IMG/VR virus record: IMGVR_UViG_3300028800_000062
Span: 32,001-96,000 of that record
Reading direction: 5' to 3' (one strand)
DNA: 64,000 nt
Source of the DNA: a virus
Shown here: positions 37,701 through 47,007 of the stretch, one piece after another
Layout of the letters: each line of letters begins with the position of its first letter
Position numbering within the stretch: position 1 is the first letter of the stretch
Program-made: the position numbers and the translations under genes
The notes under the pieces: generated by a model
Seen by the model: only the letters and a program-made list of their open reading frames with translations
What the model was told of the DNA's origin: nothing
Databases searched by the model: none

Positions 37701-39906
37701 CATCAGGTATCCGCAGGGCGATCCGGCTATGGCGCGCGAAGTCCAGAATTATCTGGCCGCCGGCGACTATGTGAACAAGCCCATAGGCGCAGCCTTGCAG
37801 CTCGATGAGATCGAGAATCTGGACTACCGCCTGTCGACGATAGAATCCCGCATGGGCAAAAGCGTCTTCAACCCGGAGTTTGCGCCCAATAACCTGTCGA
37901 TAGACCTGGGTGGCGTGCTGAAGGAAGTCAAACTGGGCGGCGAATCCGTCAATCTTCGTTACCTGCCGAAACTGGGGATGGACGCCTACAAAGGCGGCGC
38001 CAACGCTTATGGTTCCGGAGAGTGGGCGGCCAGTGAGCTCGAGCACGGTATGCATGACGCTTTGTCGGCTGCCGCCGGCATCGACTGGGCCAATCCGGAA
38101 TCGCATCAGATGAACAACCTGCGCACTAAAGTCTCCGAATACATGGAGAAGCTTTCTACTGAGTTAGGAGGAAAGGACGGTGTGCTGCGCGCGGATATGA
38201 CGCATCGCGCTGGAATCTACGGCGTAGCGGCGGAGCGTTCCAGCAGCGTAGGGGGCACGGCGCCATTCGAGATGAGCATTCCGAAGAGTATGGCCGAGGG
38301 CATCGAAGACCAGGCCCTGCGCACGGACGTTCTGAGCGGTAACGGGTACGCGGCTCTATTCCGCGATCCCAACTCCGCGGCTATGTATATGCGCGTGCGG
38401 GTAGATCCCACGGCCCATCTTGATCCGAACGAGTTCGGCATTCACTCCAGGGTGCGATCCGCCTTCCAGATGGACCATGACAAGGATTGGATGAAAGCAC
38501 TGTTTGTAACCAAGCAGGGCGCCCTTGAAGAAGCCCGGAAGGCAATTACAGATCAAGCCAGTCCTCAGTGGCAGAACCTGTTGGCCGCTGAGATGTTTCA
38601 AGGTACCGAGAATCCGCAGAATATCACCGGCCGGGCCTTTGCCGCCGAGGCGGAAGAGAAGGGTTGGAGCGGAGCCGGCAACTATCTGGACAACCTGCGC
38701 AAGGGATTATCGGATAGTGTGGAGGCCTCCAGGGCCCAGAGTTTCCGGGCGCGCTTATTCCACGGGTACACCGGTCATTTCTCGAACATGACGACCCGGC
38801 TGCAACTGATGTTGGCGAACAGCCCGGACTTGCTACCCGGGGACCGGGATTATTCAGCCTTCTCTTCCCTGTTATTCGATGTCAGGCAAACAGCTATTTC
38901 CGCTGGCAAGGGGAAGATGGGTGTGGGCGCGGAGCCTCTCGCAGTGCTGGCGAATCTGAATAAGTCGATCAATCAGGGCGAGGCAGGGTTGGATCTGTTT
39001 CAGCAGTCCATGAGTATGGTTGCTCGCGGCACGGGATTCACCGGTATCTACGACCAGGCCGCCGCGGATGTTACAGGTGTGGGTCTGGAAGAGGCCCGCA
39101 ACATTCTGGGAAACGAGAGTTTGCAGTTTGGGGATGAGGCCAATAACCTACTGCTATGGACCAAGGGCGGGCACGGCCGGGAAAGCATGCGGAAGCTGCT
39201 GGCGAGTCCCAATAACCTGAAGGCCAAACGCCTGACATCGTACCTGACCAGGGGTGAAATCAGCGTAGATGATGCGCTGGAGATGTCCCAGATACGGGAC
39301 ATGTCCCCGGAGATGATTGGCGGCATTCTGAAACAGCGTTCCTCTTCCGGAGTCCTGCATAGCATGGCGGAATCCGTTGCCGGAGAATCGGGCGGCCGGA
39401 TGTCCGATCGGGTCTCCCGCACGCTGGGCATGCTCAATGAAGGTGCCCGGGAAGGCTGGTCTTCCGCAGGCAAGACTCTGAAGCCGGCGGGCAAAGTGTT
39501 GGCCGCTGGGTTGGGATTAGCGGCGATCGCAGGCGTCATGACCGCGACCGCATCCAGCAACAAATACCGGCCGGAAGAAGAAATAGGAGTGAACGACCAG
39601 ATCCCCGGTGAGCCGGTTGCAGGATCTCGGGCGAGTGTCAATCCGAAACGCACGGAACAACCTGCGCGACCCTCCCCGCGGACCATCGTGGCGGCCAATA
39701 TGCGGCATGCGGTTGACCTTGAGATCCGTGCGAAGACTCCGGACCACGCCTCCTCCGTGGAAATGGCCAAGAATATCCAGCGGTTTACCGATACCGGCGG
39801 CGTTTCGAATGTGACCGTACAGCACTCCGGCGGCTGGCAGAAGAGCGCCAGCAAGTTACGCATGCAGGAACGGATTCGGGAAGAGTTAGATAAGCACCAA
39901 AGTTAG
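34729..39906 (+). CDS. Giant virion protein, candidate single-chain two-barrel RNA polymerase
   Basis: GAKGEGPGAKGL (aa 772-783, beta-like lysine pair); LFRDP (R1212) followed 37 aa later by QMDHDKD (D1249/D1251/D1253, beta'-like); hydrophobic helices at both ends. Confidence 0.6.
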   Translation: MNPLSQAFRALGPRAATAAGALAVAAPWFLKNDDRGYLQTAAFTTPLIAAGFTALPGAMSGVWNMSTEIGQLWSNRAFLGQDYPQLLKGYRRQGTSVRRSMHKYVQAQGQDWYASIRPTQEDWSGQAFDLLGKYRNQAKELRQSVHGRGAGVSAREFRPQIEQDLKHRILLSRTVEEARMAGLTPEKAAERSHLLQPKLRSWDQIEQVVKEHSGNQDFLRTFARRAQRLDDLNLGKRVSGAQLLKTSTYERQNLGFAIMQARQAENGHLLKRLQLAEEAIHNKWIQKADVIYQGEQAIGLELFNHRGRSFNLPLIGSQDKVVSMGPGWNHRGTFAQLWDEKGIRLPDISVLENLSDWKDAKQAAVSSFQWGGITDRTDTVDAALHEDLKGSVSPKWALAERSLRANPDPFGTHAGGKRWKDLTDAEKHAAEMSAMEKYDLTKVGGEGGIAFGKLESRLAEGNSIGLVPSPTHQDPGYRSFSKDFYIDPESIKDLDKPHLSSTFFKEQLGVEAGEMPEFSARFGEITPQVKSMYGDIPAEAERAAQEAVKEDRRFLLQAKRAHIDHLQDLVEKGKGVIRHPQASKDVIGDIQRDIEHYNHQIRSLKSKKLSQLEMRQQFGATREYLEFQGELQNKLRTALGPEYETHLTGSLLKHIQRGAEATEAERVLAGQVSQRVLRELVADPLNIIAARGYQTLGETIFNTGDRLSGVKGMLDRKLSLSELWQEKGAALQQGDVIGFDEHGKPIAARTESVVQDVVGNDVILRERFGIAGAKGEGPGAKGLFHSAIYNKEDLLPRQVRLNNLVTELTGVGGVIPEQVEGLALAEYSAFKTKNPMADLLEVSVDIAEQLVKGKHLKSEQFLQDLQNNHFIYRNGRYEEQFADVYQMSRQDAAQRYYDLSKKAEHYLDDVGNESGHFVLDAFQRTTAAQQRAGRQTDSLSQWVFKNYRQGAVRLWDHTRLNRPAQTGVTYDMLYEMQRAGHTEGMRDIFENIRYPQGDPAMAREVQNYLAAGDYVNKPIGAALQLDEIENLDYRLSTIESRMGKSVFNPEFAPNNLSIDLGGVLKEVKLGGESVNLRYLPKLGMDAYKGGANAYGSGEWAASELEHGMHDALSAAAGIDWANPESHQMNNLRTKVSEYMEKLSTELGGKDGVLRADMTHRAGIYGVAAERSSSVGGTAPFEMSIPKSMAEGIEDQALRTDVLSGNGYAALFRDPNSAAMYMRVRVDPTAHLDPNEFGIHSRVRSAFQMDHDKDWMKALFVTKQGALEEARKAITDQASPQWQNLLAAEMFQGTENPQNITGRAFAAEAEEKGWSGAGNYLDNLRKGLSDSVEASRAQSFRARLFHGYTGHFSNMTTRLQLMLANSPDLLPGDRDYSAFSSLLFDVRQTAISAGKGKMGVGAEPLAVLANLNKSINQGEAGLDLFQQSMSMVARGTGFTGIYDQAAADVTGVGLEEARNILGNESLQFGDEANNLLLWTKGGHGRESMRKLLASPNNLKAKRLTSYLTRGEISVDDALEMSQIRDMSPEMIGGILKQRSSSGVLHSMAESVAGESGGRMSDRVSRTLGMLNEGAREGWSSAGKTLKPAGKVLAAGLGLAAIAGVMTATASSNKYRPEEEIGVNDQIPGEPVAGSRASVNPKRTEQPARPSPRTIVAANMRHAVDLEIRAKTPDHASSVEMAKNIQRFTDTGGVSNVTVQHSGGWQKSASKLRMQERIREELDKHQS

Positions 39907-39919
39907 TGAGTTCACCATT

Positions 39920-42900
39920 ATGAGCCTTTTACTGAGTGACACGCCCGGAGAAAACGACGGCGGCTATTTCCGCATTGGCGATGTGATCTTAAGGATTCCA
40001 CCGGAGTCCATATCCACCAACAAGGTCACGGATAACGAAGAGGTGTCTACCTTACGTGCCAAGTACCCCATGTACGTCAAAGATGGTCATTCGCGCTGGG
40101 ATGTGACTGTGACCTGGAAGGCTTTGGTCACTAACGACGGAGGCACTCCGGATTACACTCAGTGGGTTTCGCTGCAGCGGATTCTGGCCATGTTCAAAGC
40201 CGCACCGTTTGTGCAGGTGGAGAGCGGGCACCTTCGGCAACTGGTGATGGCGGATCCTGAATTAGACCGGGCCGACCGGACTGCCCGCATGGCTTTCGCG
40301 TTGCGCCAGCTTCGAGTGGACACTCTCCCTGATATTCCACAGGGTCTACAGTGCACCCTGACTATGAGCTGGTTCAATTACCTGCCCTATTCGACGGATT
40401 TCGGATATTTAGACCCCAATGGCCAGCCGGAAGACGCCACCCAATACACCCAGTTCACCGACTATATCGATACCTGGTTGAGCGAGAACCTGCAGGGGCC
40501 TCCGGATCCATTTGACGGCCGGCCGGATCTCTCGAAGAAGTTCGGCTATCCGGACCTATCATTGTGGAACCAGCAAACCCCCGGTACAGTAAAGTTGCAT
40601 TGGCGCCAGTATTGTGTGGTTCCTATCGACGACCAGACCGCACCATCAGCTTCAGCTCCAGCGGCGCCTTCTCAGCCAACCGGTATTCCCAGCTCCAAAC
40701 TGTCTTCCGGACCTGCTGATATTCGTGCGAAGATCACCCAGGCGGCACAAGCCCAGGGAGTGGATCCGGCGTTGGCCCTCGCTGTTGCCTACCACGAGAG
40801 CCGCTTCAATCCCACCGCCAAGAATCCGAACAGCAGCGCTTATGGGGTATTTCAAATCATTCCCCGCTGGCATCCGGAGATCAATCAGTATCCCAACAAA
40901 GGCGTGCAGGACGTCGACTCCAACATTCAGGTGGGAGTTGGGTATTTGAAACAGTGCCTCAACCACTACAACGGAAACCAGAAAGAAGCCTTGTGGGCCT
41001 ACAACCAGGGAGAGGGCGCTGTAGATAACTTCCTGCGCGGTAAGACCTCCGCTTTACCCAATGGGACCGTTCAGTATGCGGACGCCGTCCTGCAGATGGC
41101 CTACCAGGGAACTCCCCAAGTAAAGAGCACGCCGGTGGCGGATGCATCGCCGCTGAAGTCTGCGGCACCTGTACAGGCGGCCGCGCCCAGCACGGATACT
41201 TGGCCGGAGCCGGTAGAAACCAAGGTTAACAACCTGATTGCTAAGGGCTGGTGGGCAGATCACAACACGGAGCGGGCCGTATTCCTGTACAAACCGCATC
41301 AGATCGAGTTTCAGGATGAGGAACACGGCGGCGGTCCCAACCTGGATTGCTGTTACCCGGTACAGATATCCGTGGTATTCGTCAACAAGATTGCCGTGCA
41401 GCCGCTGCGCGGTTATCAGTATCCGGTGATGCAACACCTGGGCCCGGCCGGGACTATGATTTCGGTAGGATTTCTCTCCAACGCCCTGCCGGCGGGCGAT
41501 TCCGAACCGGTACACTCCGGGCCGGCTAAGATGGCAGGCATGTGCTCTGCACTCGAAGATCAGTTCCATAGGCTGCAGGGGGAGTGGCGCTCGATTTATG
41601 CTATCCACCGCATGCAGGCTGTGATCGTCGAGAACCAGGTTCTGAACGCGCTGGGTATCTACGGCACCCTGGTCAACAACTTCAATAGTGAGACGCTGCC
41701 AGAGTCGGCTTCCCTGGCGCAGGCGGCCCTGAGCCTGGTGCAGTACGAGAATGTATTCGAGGAGATCGGATCTTATAGGGTCAACGGGCTAACAGGGGCC
41801 AGTGCAGCCGTGTTGAACCAGATCATGACCGACGGCACCTTGGCCACGGCCAGCAAGGGTCCCGGGGGCGATGCTTATAAACCGCTGACGCAGTATCAGT
41901 CCGATAAGCAATCGCAAAATCCCGCGCCGGTGATGCAGATGATGCAGGACAGCCGCTATCAGACACCGGTAGTTCCCATGCCGGTAAAGCTGACTGCCGA
42001 TCAGCAGCAGACGCTGGTTCAGGCCATTGCTTCGAACAAAACTCAGGCGTCCGCGAGCACCGCGGCAGACTCCACCCTGGTTGCCCAGAACATGGCAGGC
42101 GTGCCTACTTTCAACGCTTCAGGCACCAGTCTGACAGGCGGAGGGATTACGCAGGTGGATCCGGAGCTGGCCTCCCGCATTCAGTCCGGGTCTTTCTCAT
42201 ATAACGATTACTTCCAGTTTGTCCATTCGCCGGGGCTCTCCGGCAATGCGTCGATCCAGTCCCTCAATCAGAGCGTCAATCAGGTCATTGCCAACCAGGT
42301 GCCCGCCGACCAGGCGCCCATGACCAAGCTATACCAGTCGGTATTCGACTATCAGAGTAAGTACAACGCTGCCTTTGTGGCGGCCGTAGGTCAGATGCAG
42401 TTCGATCCAACAACTGCCAGTAAATTCACCAACGCGGTAAATCCCAACGGACCCGGAAGTGACGATGCGAATAAGAACCACGGATCCTACCGGGACCTGG
42501 GGCTGAAGACCCTGTCGCTGGGGAACGGACTGGACTTCAATCCAGGATACTATTTCACCAATAACGAGAAGAAGCAACGTCAGGCCTTGCGCGATCAGTT
42601 GACATACGCCGTGTCGGCTTCCAATGCTGCGCTGAGTTATTTCAACAAGGCGACCTCCAATGCCTCCTCGGCGCCGGCTGACAATTCGATACAAAACAGC
42701 GATTCGCAGAATCCCGCCGCGATGAACGTCAATACGGAGATGATTCTGGAGCGCACGGTGACCCCTTTCAAGTCCATGAAGCGGGCCTTTCCGACCTTCA
42801 AGCTGTTTCTGGTGGAAGAAGACAACACCGGACCTTTCTTCATGTTCGACAACTTCTACTGCTACTCCTCAGTGCTGAACATGGAAATCATCCGTTACCA

Positions 42901-45307
42901 GGACAAGCCGGATATGGCCGTGATTCAACTGACCAACCTGGCGAATCTACTATCGCACAAAGTGTTCGATTCGAGTGCGTCCGGCAAGCAGGAATACAAT
43001 TTGTCTAATCTGCAGGATGTACCTGGAAGCAGTGTAGGAGGGCCGGTAACCGGAGGCATGGGCGGCGCGGTGCAGGCGCGTAAGACGCCCGCCGGAGTGG
43101 TGCTTGAACAGGAAAAGATCCTGAATCTGTCCAAAGGCTATAATGCACAGGTGAAGGACGTCCCGCTGCAGTACTACCCCCTGCAGACTGGGGCCAAGAT
43201 CCAGATCCGCATGGGTTACACCAACAACCCGGATTTGCTCTATCCAGTATTCACTGGAAAAGTAACTCAGATCGAAGGCGAAGACATCCTGACCATCACC
43301 GCCCAGAGCTTCATGCTGGAGTTGATGGATAAGGATCACAATGAGCTGCGCAGCGACGGGTACTTTAATCTGAGCACGGTTTCCGAGACCATCCGCAACT
43401 GGGGCGTGCCTACGAAAGGGGCGGCCTACGGGGGTTGGACTTTCCTGCGGGATTCCGGAACTGCAGGGTGTGTCATGTCAGACGTGCTGAAGTGCAGCGG
43501 AGCCCGGCACTTTGGACACTGGCAGGTAAACCCGGTGCAGAAGAATACGCCGTTCATGCGCGGTTTCGGCTGGATTGAGTTGACGGCCGCGGCCGCCGGC
43601 GCCCTGGGCGCTTCCAAGATCCAGTCCGTAACGCAAGCCTTGCAGGACCGGAGAGATGAGAATATCCTCATTAACCAGCTGATCAGTACGGACGGCACCG
43701 TAGCCCAGCAGCGCATCAAGCGCGCCGATCAGTTTGAGAAGCCGGCGGAGATCTTCGCCTCGGTCTATGGGATTCCAGACGATCCTGAGATCACTCCCTG
43801 GACGATCCTGAGAGACATTTCCCGCCGATACCCGGAGTATCGTCTGCTGGAGCGGCCCTACGGGTTCCCCTACGGTTGCGACGGAACCCTGGTCTTTGCG
43901 CATCCGAACGACCTGTATATCACGCGTCCCAAGATGGCCAACAGCGCTGAAGCTACGGCCATGAACATCACCAATAACGGCAAGTTTGAAGATTGGTTCA
44001 CACCCGTGCAGCGCGCCAAGATAGTAGCCCTGCCCGGCATGAGCGACCTGGCCGCCGATGCCGCCCGTTATATTCTGATGAATGTCACCAACCCGTCCGG
44101 CAGTAAAGCCCCGGCCACGTCCAACCGGTATACGTCGGCGGAGCGTCTCGGGGAACAGACTGCCAGTTGGATCGATCAGGGAGGGTTGACCACTTTCAAT
44201 GCTATTTTGAACGGATATGCCGACTATGCCGCACAGAAGACGGCATTGTCTAAAGTGGTCCAGATCTTCGAGTTCGGCCTCGGCGACCTGCAGGGGCATG
44301 CTAATGACCTGCGCATGACGGTGAGAGCCATTCAGAACGACGCGATCAGCCACATCAACCTGCCGGCGGATCGGCAGAACAGCACAGCCTCGGACCCGTC
44401 TTCGCCCGCCTACCTGCAACCTGTGCGCAAATGGCACGTGATCAGCACCGACAATATCATCCACAACGGCATCACCATCAACGAGCAGATCTTCAACGCG
44501 GTGCGCATCAACAAGGACATTATCAAGGCCAATATTAACATTCCGGACTACTACACCCGGGTGCTCGACTGCAATAAGCTGATCATCGAGCCGGACCGTA
44601 ACCTGGGGGTTGCGGGAGGTCCCGGAACGCTCGAACGGGCCTACGCTCAGAGTTTCCTGCGCGAAGAGGTCGGTAAGATGTACCGGGGAGAGCTGGTAAT
44701 CACCGGCGTGCCGGAAATGGATCCGGGCGACGGGATTATGCTGTTGGATTCCACCACAGGTACCGCGGGCCCACTTGAGATCGAAAGCGTGATCCATTCC
44801 TTCGATCAAGAAATGGGGTATATCACGGTGGTCCGGCCGCGGGCCATGGTGGTGACTAATGAAGCCACCACGCTTGGCATTATTGCGGCCTTCAACAATC
44901 TGAACTTGTTTCAAGAGCTGGGCGCATTGGGACGGGACCTCTCTTCAACACCTCAGGCTGCTGCAGCCACTGCGGTAGGCGCCACAGCCGCTGTAACCAC
45001 AGCTGGTCTGGCGGTCTCCACAGCTGTGGCTGCGGGTGTATCGTTGACCGGCGTGGGATTGGCGGTGGTGGTCGGCATGTTGTTGACCTACGTCGTGTTG
45101 GCCGACATGAAGCAGGAATCTCTGCCGCTCATCGTGGCGCCGCTAAACCGTTATGGACGTCCCTGGGTGGGAGGCCTGAATGGATGGGCTCTCACGGATC
45201 TGCACACCTACGTGGAGAAGCGTTTCCAACAGTTCTGGAACTTCGAGATCGCGCCCACTTTGCAGGGATTCAAGAACCTCAAAGGCATCGTCGACAGCTA
45301 CACCTAG
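39920..45307 (+). CDS. Baseplate hub/tail-associated lysin with SLT lytic transglycosylase domain
   Basis: GVDPALALAVAYHESRFNP..A..SSAYGVFQI...NIQVGVGYL...ALWAYNQG; hub-like segments IQIRMGY...VFTGKV and MYRGELVITGVPEMDPGD...IESVIHSF; C-terminal hydrophobic helices. Confidence 0.8.
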   Translation: MSLLLSDTPGENDGGYFRIGDVILRIPPESISTNKVTDNEEVSTLRAKYPMYVKDGHSRWDVTVTWKALVTNDGGTPDYTQWVSLQRILAMFKAAPFVQVESGHLRQLVMADPELDRADRTARMAFALRQLRVDTLPDIPQGLQCTLTMSWFNYLPYSTDFGYLDPNGQPEDATQYTQFTDYIDTWLSENLQGPPDPFDGRPDLSKKFGYPDLSLWNQQTPGTVKLHWRQYCVVPIDDQTAPSASAPAAPSQPTGIPSSKLSSGPADIRAKITQAAQAQGVDPALALAVAYHESRFNPTAKNPNSSAYGVFQIIPRWHPEINQYPNKGVQDVDSNIQVGVGYLKQCLNHYNGNQKEALWAYNQGEGAVDNFLRGKTSALPNGTVQYADAVLQMAYQGTPQVKSTPVADASPLKSAAPVQAAAPSTDTWPEPVETKVNNLIAKGWWADHNTERAVFLYKPHQIEFQDEEHGGGPNLDCCYPVQISVVFVNKIAVQPLRGYQYPVMQHLGPAGTMISVGFLSNALPAGDSEPVHSGPAKMAGMCSALEDQFHRLQGEWRSIYAIHRMQAVIVENQVLNALGIYGTLVNNFNSETLPESASLAQAALSLVQYENVFEEIGSYRVNGLTGASAAVLNQIMTDGTLATASKGPGGDAYKPLTQYQSDKQSQNPAPVMQMMQDSRYQTPVVPMPVKLTADQQQTLVQAIASNKTQASASTAADSTLVAQNMAGVPTFNASGTSLTGGGITQVDPELASRIQSGSFSYNDYFQFVHSPGLSGNASIQSLNQSVNQVIANQVPADQAPMTKLYQSVFDYQSKYNAAFVAAVGQMQFDPTTASKFTNAVNPNGPGSDDANKNHGSYRDLGLKTLSLGNGLDFNPGYYFTNNEKKQRQALRDQLTYAVSASNAALSYFNKATSNASSAPADNSIQNSDSQNPAAMNVNTEMILERTVTPFKSMKRAFPTFKLFLVEEDNTGPFFMFDNFYCYSSVLNMEIIRYQDKPDMAVIQLTNLANLLSHKVFDSSASGKQEYNLSNLQDVPGSSVGGPVTGGMGGAVQARKTPAGVVLEQEKILNLSKGYNAQVKDVPLQYYPLQTGAKIQIRMGYTNNPDLLYPVFTGKVTQIEGEDILTITAQSFMLELMDKDHNELRSDGYFNLSTVSETIRNWGVPTKGAAYGGWTFLRDSGTAGCVMSDVLKCSGARHFGHWQVNPVQKNTPFMRGFGWIELTAAAAGALGASKIQSVTQALQDRRDENILINQLISTDGTVAQQRIKRADQFEKPAEIFASVYGIPDDPEITPWTILRDISRRYPEYRLLERPYGFPYGCDGTLVFAHPNDLYITRPKMANSAEATAMNITNNGKFEDWFTPVQRAKIVALPGMSDLAADAARYILMNVTNPSGSKAPATSNRYTSAERLGEQTASWIDQGGLTTFNAILNGYADYAAQKTALSKVVQIFEFGLGDLQGHANDLRMTVRAIQNDAISHINLPADRQNSTASDPSSPAYLQPVRKWHVISTDNIIHNGITINEQIFNAVRINKDIIKANINIPDYYTRVLDCNKLIIEPDRNLGVAGGPGTLERAYAQSFLREEVGKMYRGELVITGVPEMDPGDGIMLLDSTTGTAGPLEIESVIHSFDQEMGYITVVRPRAMVVTNEATTLGIIAAFNNLNLFQELGALGRDLSSTPQAAAATAVGATAAVTTAGLAVSTAVAAGVSLTGVGLAVVVGMLLTYVVLADMKQESLPLIVAPLNRYGRPWVGGLNGWALTDLHTYVEKRFQQFWNFEIAPTLQGFKNLKGIVDSYT

Positions 45308-45310
45308 TAG

Positions 45311-45328
45311 CTATACTAGCAATGGGTG
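45311..45328 (+). promoter_or_regulatory. CTATACTAGCAA promoter-like motif (copy 2)
   Basis: ctatactagcaatgggtg in the 22-nt gap before GTG 45330. Confidence 0.55.
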
Positions 45329-45329
45329 A

Positions 45330-45920
45330 GTGCCCAAGCCGGAGCTTTCCACATTCAAGGCTGTAATCTCACCCTGTTCGACGTGTACGAACTATAATAC
45401 CGACGCCTCTACGGGTCTGCCGCTGTGTCCTCGGAGATTCTGGCTCGAGCAGAAGAAGGCCGCCGACGCTGGCGGGAACTGCGCGACGCCTCCAGACTAC
45501 CTGCTGGAGTCCGGGACGGAGCAACAGGACCAATATTCCAACCCGGTTTATTCCCAGAACACCAGCAGTGTGATTGTCTGGGTGGCGGCCCTGTTTGAGA
45601 ACTTGCAGACCCTGCAGTCCGATGGCAGCCCTCTGACTGGCAGCATTCTGGATCCCGGGTTCGACACCAAATATATCCGCTGCCGGGACCTTCCGGTGCA
45701 TCCGGACGAGAGCTGGGCAGGCATGATCCACCGCGGGACTTGGAAGGAAATGGACCAGTTGATCGTGCATCCCATGTCTACCGAGAACCAGCAACAGAGC
45801 GGTGTTTTGAACGACAGCCCCTCCGACCTGCAGTTTGGCGGCGTGGCGCGTAAGACGAACTTTGCCTTTAACTTCAATCTGGTGTCGCCCACCAGCGACA
45901 GGATTTGCTCCGGAACCTAA
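45330..45920 (+). CDS. Hypothetical baseplate-region protein
   Basis: 196 aa with N-terminal CxxC...C. Confidence 0.55.
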   Translation: MPKPELSTFKAVISPCSTCTNYNTDASTGLPLCPRRFWLEQKKAADAGGNCATPPDYLLESGTEQQDQYSNPVYSQNTSSVIVWVAALFENLQTLQSDGSPLTGSILDPGFDTKYIRCRDLPVHPDESWAGMIHRGTWKEMDQLIVHPMSTENQQQSGVLNDSPSDLQFGGVARKTNFAFNFNLVSPTSDRICSGT

Positions 45921-45924
45921 AGCC

Positions 45925-46287
45925 ATGCTGGTACCCCGCAATAGTAATGTGGATCTCATTACACCCGCCAACACGCCGCGCCTTTTGCACGCTGGCGAGG
46001 AGTGGTTGGGCTCAGACTACCCGCATGTACTCGTCCAGGACAGTTCGCTGCGGTTGATGGGCAGCCTGACCAAAGGCGTTTCGATAGACCCGGACTTTGG
46101 AGTCACACTACAAGGCCCTGTCAGCATTCCGGAGTCGCCGGATCACATCCAGATCTCGACTTACTGGGCCATGAACCCCATGTTGCTAGCCTCCATCGGA
46201 TCGAGCGCCTGTATGCCCATACCTCCGCTGGTACCCAATACCCCGGCCGTCTTGGACGGCAGCTCGGATATGGGAGGGTTGTTTTGA
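45925..46287 (+). CDS. Hypothetical baseplate protein (possibly spike-like)
   Basis: ATG 45925, four nt after the previous stop; short beta-strand periodicity. Confidence 0.45.
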   Translation: MLVPRNSNVDLITPANTPRLLHAGEEWLGSDYPHVLVQDSSLRLMGSLTKGVSIDPDFGVTLQGPVSIPESPDHIQISTYWAMNPMLLASIGSSACMPIPPLVPNTPAVLDGSSDMGGLF

Positions 46288-46448
46288 GCACTTGCACCAA
46301 CTCGTGCAAACTGCGTGAAGCCCAGCAACAGAAGGACAGTGCGTGTCCTTGCAGGACCTGCCCTTACTTGTTGGAGATGCTTTCCCGCTTGGATCTATAT
46401 GCGGCCGCGAATGTGGTCCGTGAGGCTGTCAAGCATAGCAACGATTGA
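46284..46448 (+). CDS. Small Cys-rich hypothetical protein
   Basis: TTG overlapping the previous stop; STCTNSCKL...CPCRTCPY; fills the gap to 46456. Confidence 0.4.
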   Translation: MSTCTNSCKLREAQQQKDSACPCRTCPYLLEMLSRLDLYAAANVVREAVKHSND

Positions 46449-46455
46449 GGAGAAG

Positions 46456-46998
46456 ATGATGCGTTTTCTATTAGTTGGAATCGTAGGTCTGCTGTTCGCT
46501 TTTAGCGTAATGGCGGCGCCGGCGCAGCCTCCGGCTGTAGTGGCTGTGTACGGTTATGATGCCAGCAACAATCTGCTCTACATCTGCCAGGCGTCGCAGC
46601 TAGGCACACCTGCGCTCACTTGGGCCATAGGCGGTCAGTTGAGCAGCCTGGCAGTTACTGCCAACGTGGCTACCGCCACTTTCTCTTCGGCGCCCGGCTT
46701 ATACCCTGGAGCTTTGTTGAACGTGGTGGGAGCCGGATCTCTGAACGGCTATTATCCCGTTAGTACCGTCAGTGGAAGCACGGTCACCTTTTCCACTCCA
46801 GCTGTGACATCTGGGACATACTCTTACGCCGGAGTGCAGATTGTCAGTTCCGCACCCCTGCTTACGGCACCCGTCTGGAGTATCCAGAAGTTCACGTGGT
46901 CTGCCACCGGACTACTGCAGACCAGTTATTGGGTGACGCTTCCTTTAAGCGATGGCATTTATGCCACCCAGCCCTGTACCAACGCGCTGTTGTATTGA
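46456..46998 (+). CDS. Signal-peptide beta-rich protein
   Basis: SD gaggag, MMRFLLVGIVGLLFAFSVMA; N- and C-terminal Cys. Confidence 0.6.
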   Translation: MMRFLLVGIVGLLFAFSVMAAPAQPPAVVAVYGYDASNNLLYICQASQLGTPALTWAIGGQLSSLAVTANVATATFSSAPGLYPGALLNVVGAGSLNGYYPVSTVSGSTVTFSTPAVTSGTYSYAGVQIVSSAPLLTAPVWSIQKFTWSATGLLQTSYWVTLPLSDGIYATQPCTNALLY

Positions 46999-47007
46999 GA
47001 GGTGGCT

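Noticed and set aside
43478-44914. Long antisense ORFs (this 478-aa one, and 945..1982, 53311..54306 and others)
   Set aside because: They lie wholly opposite well-supported genes and are expected shadows of GC-rich codon usage.
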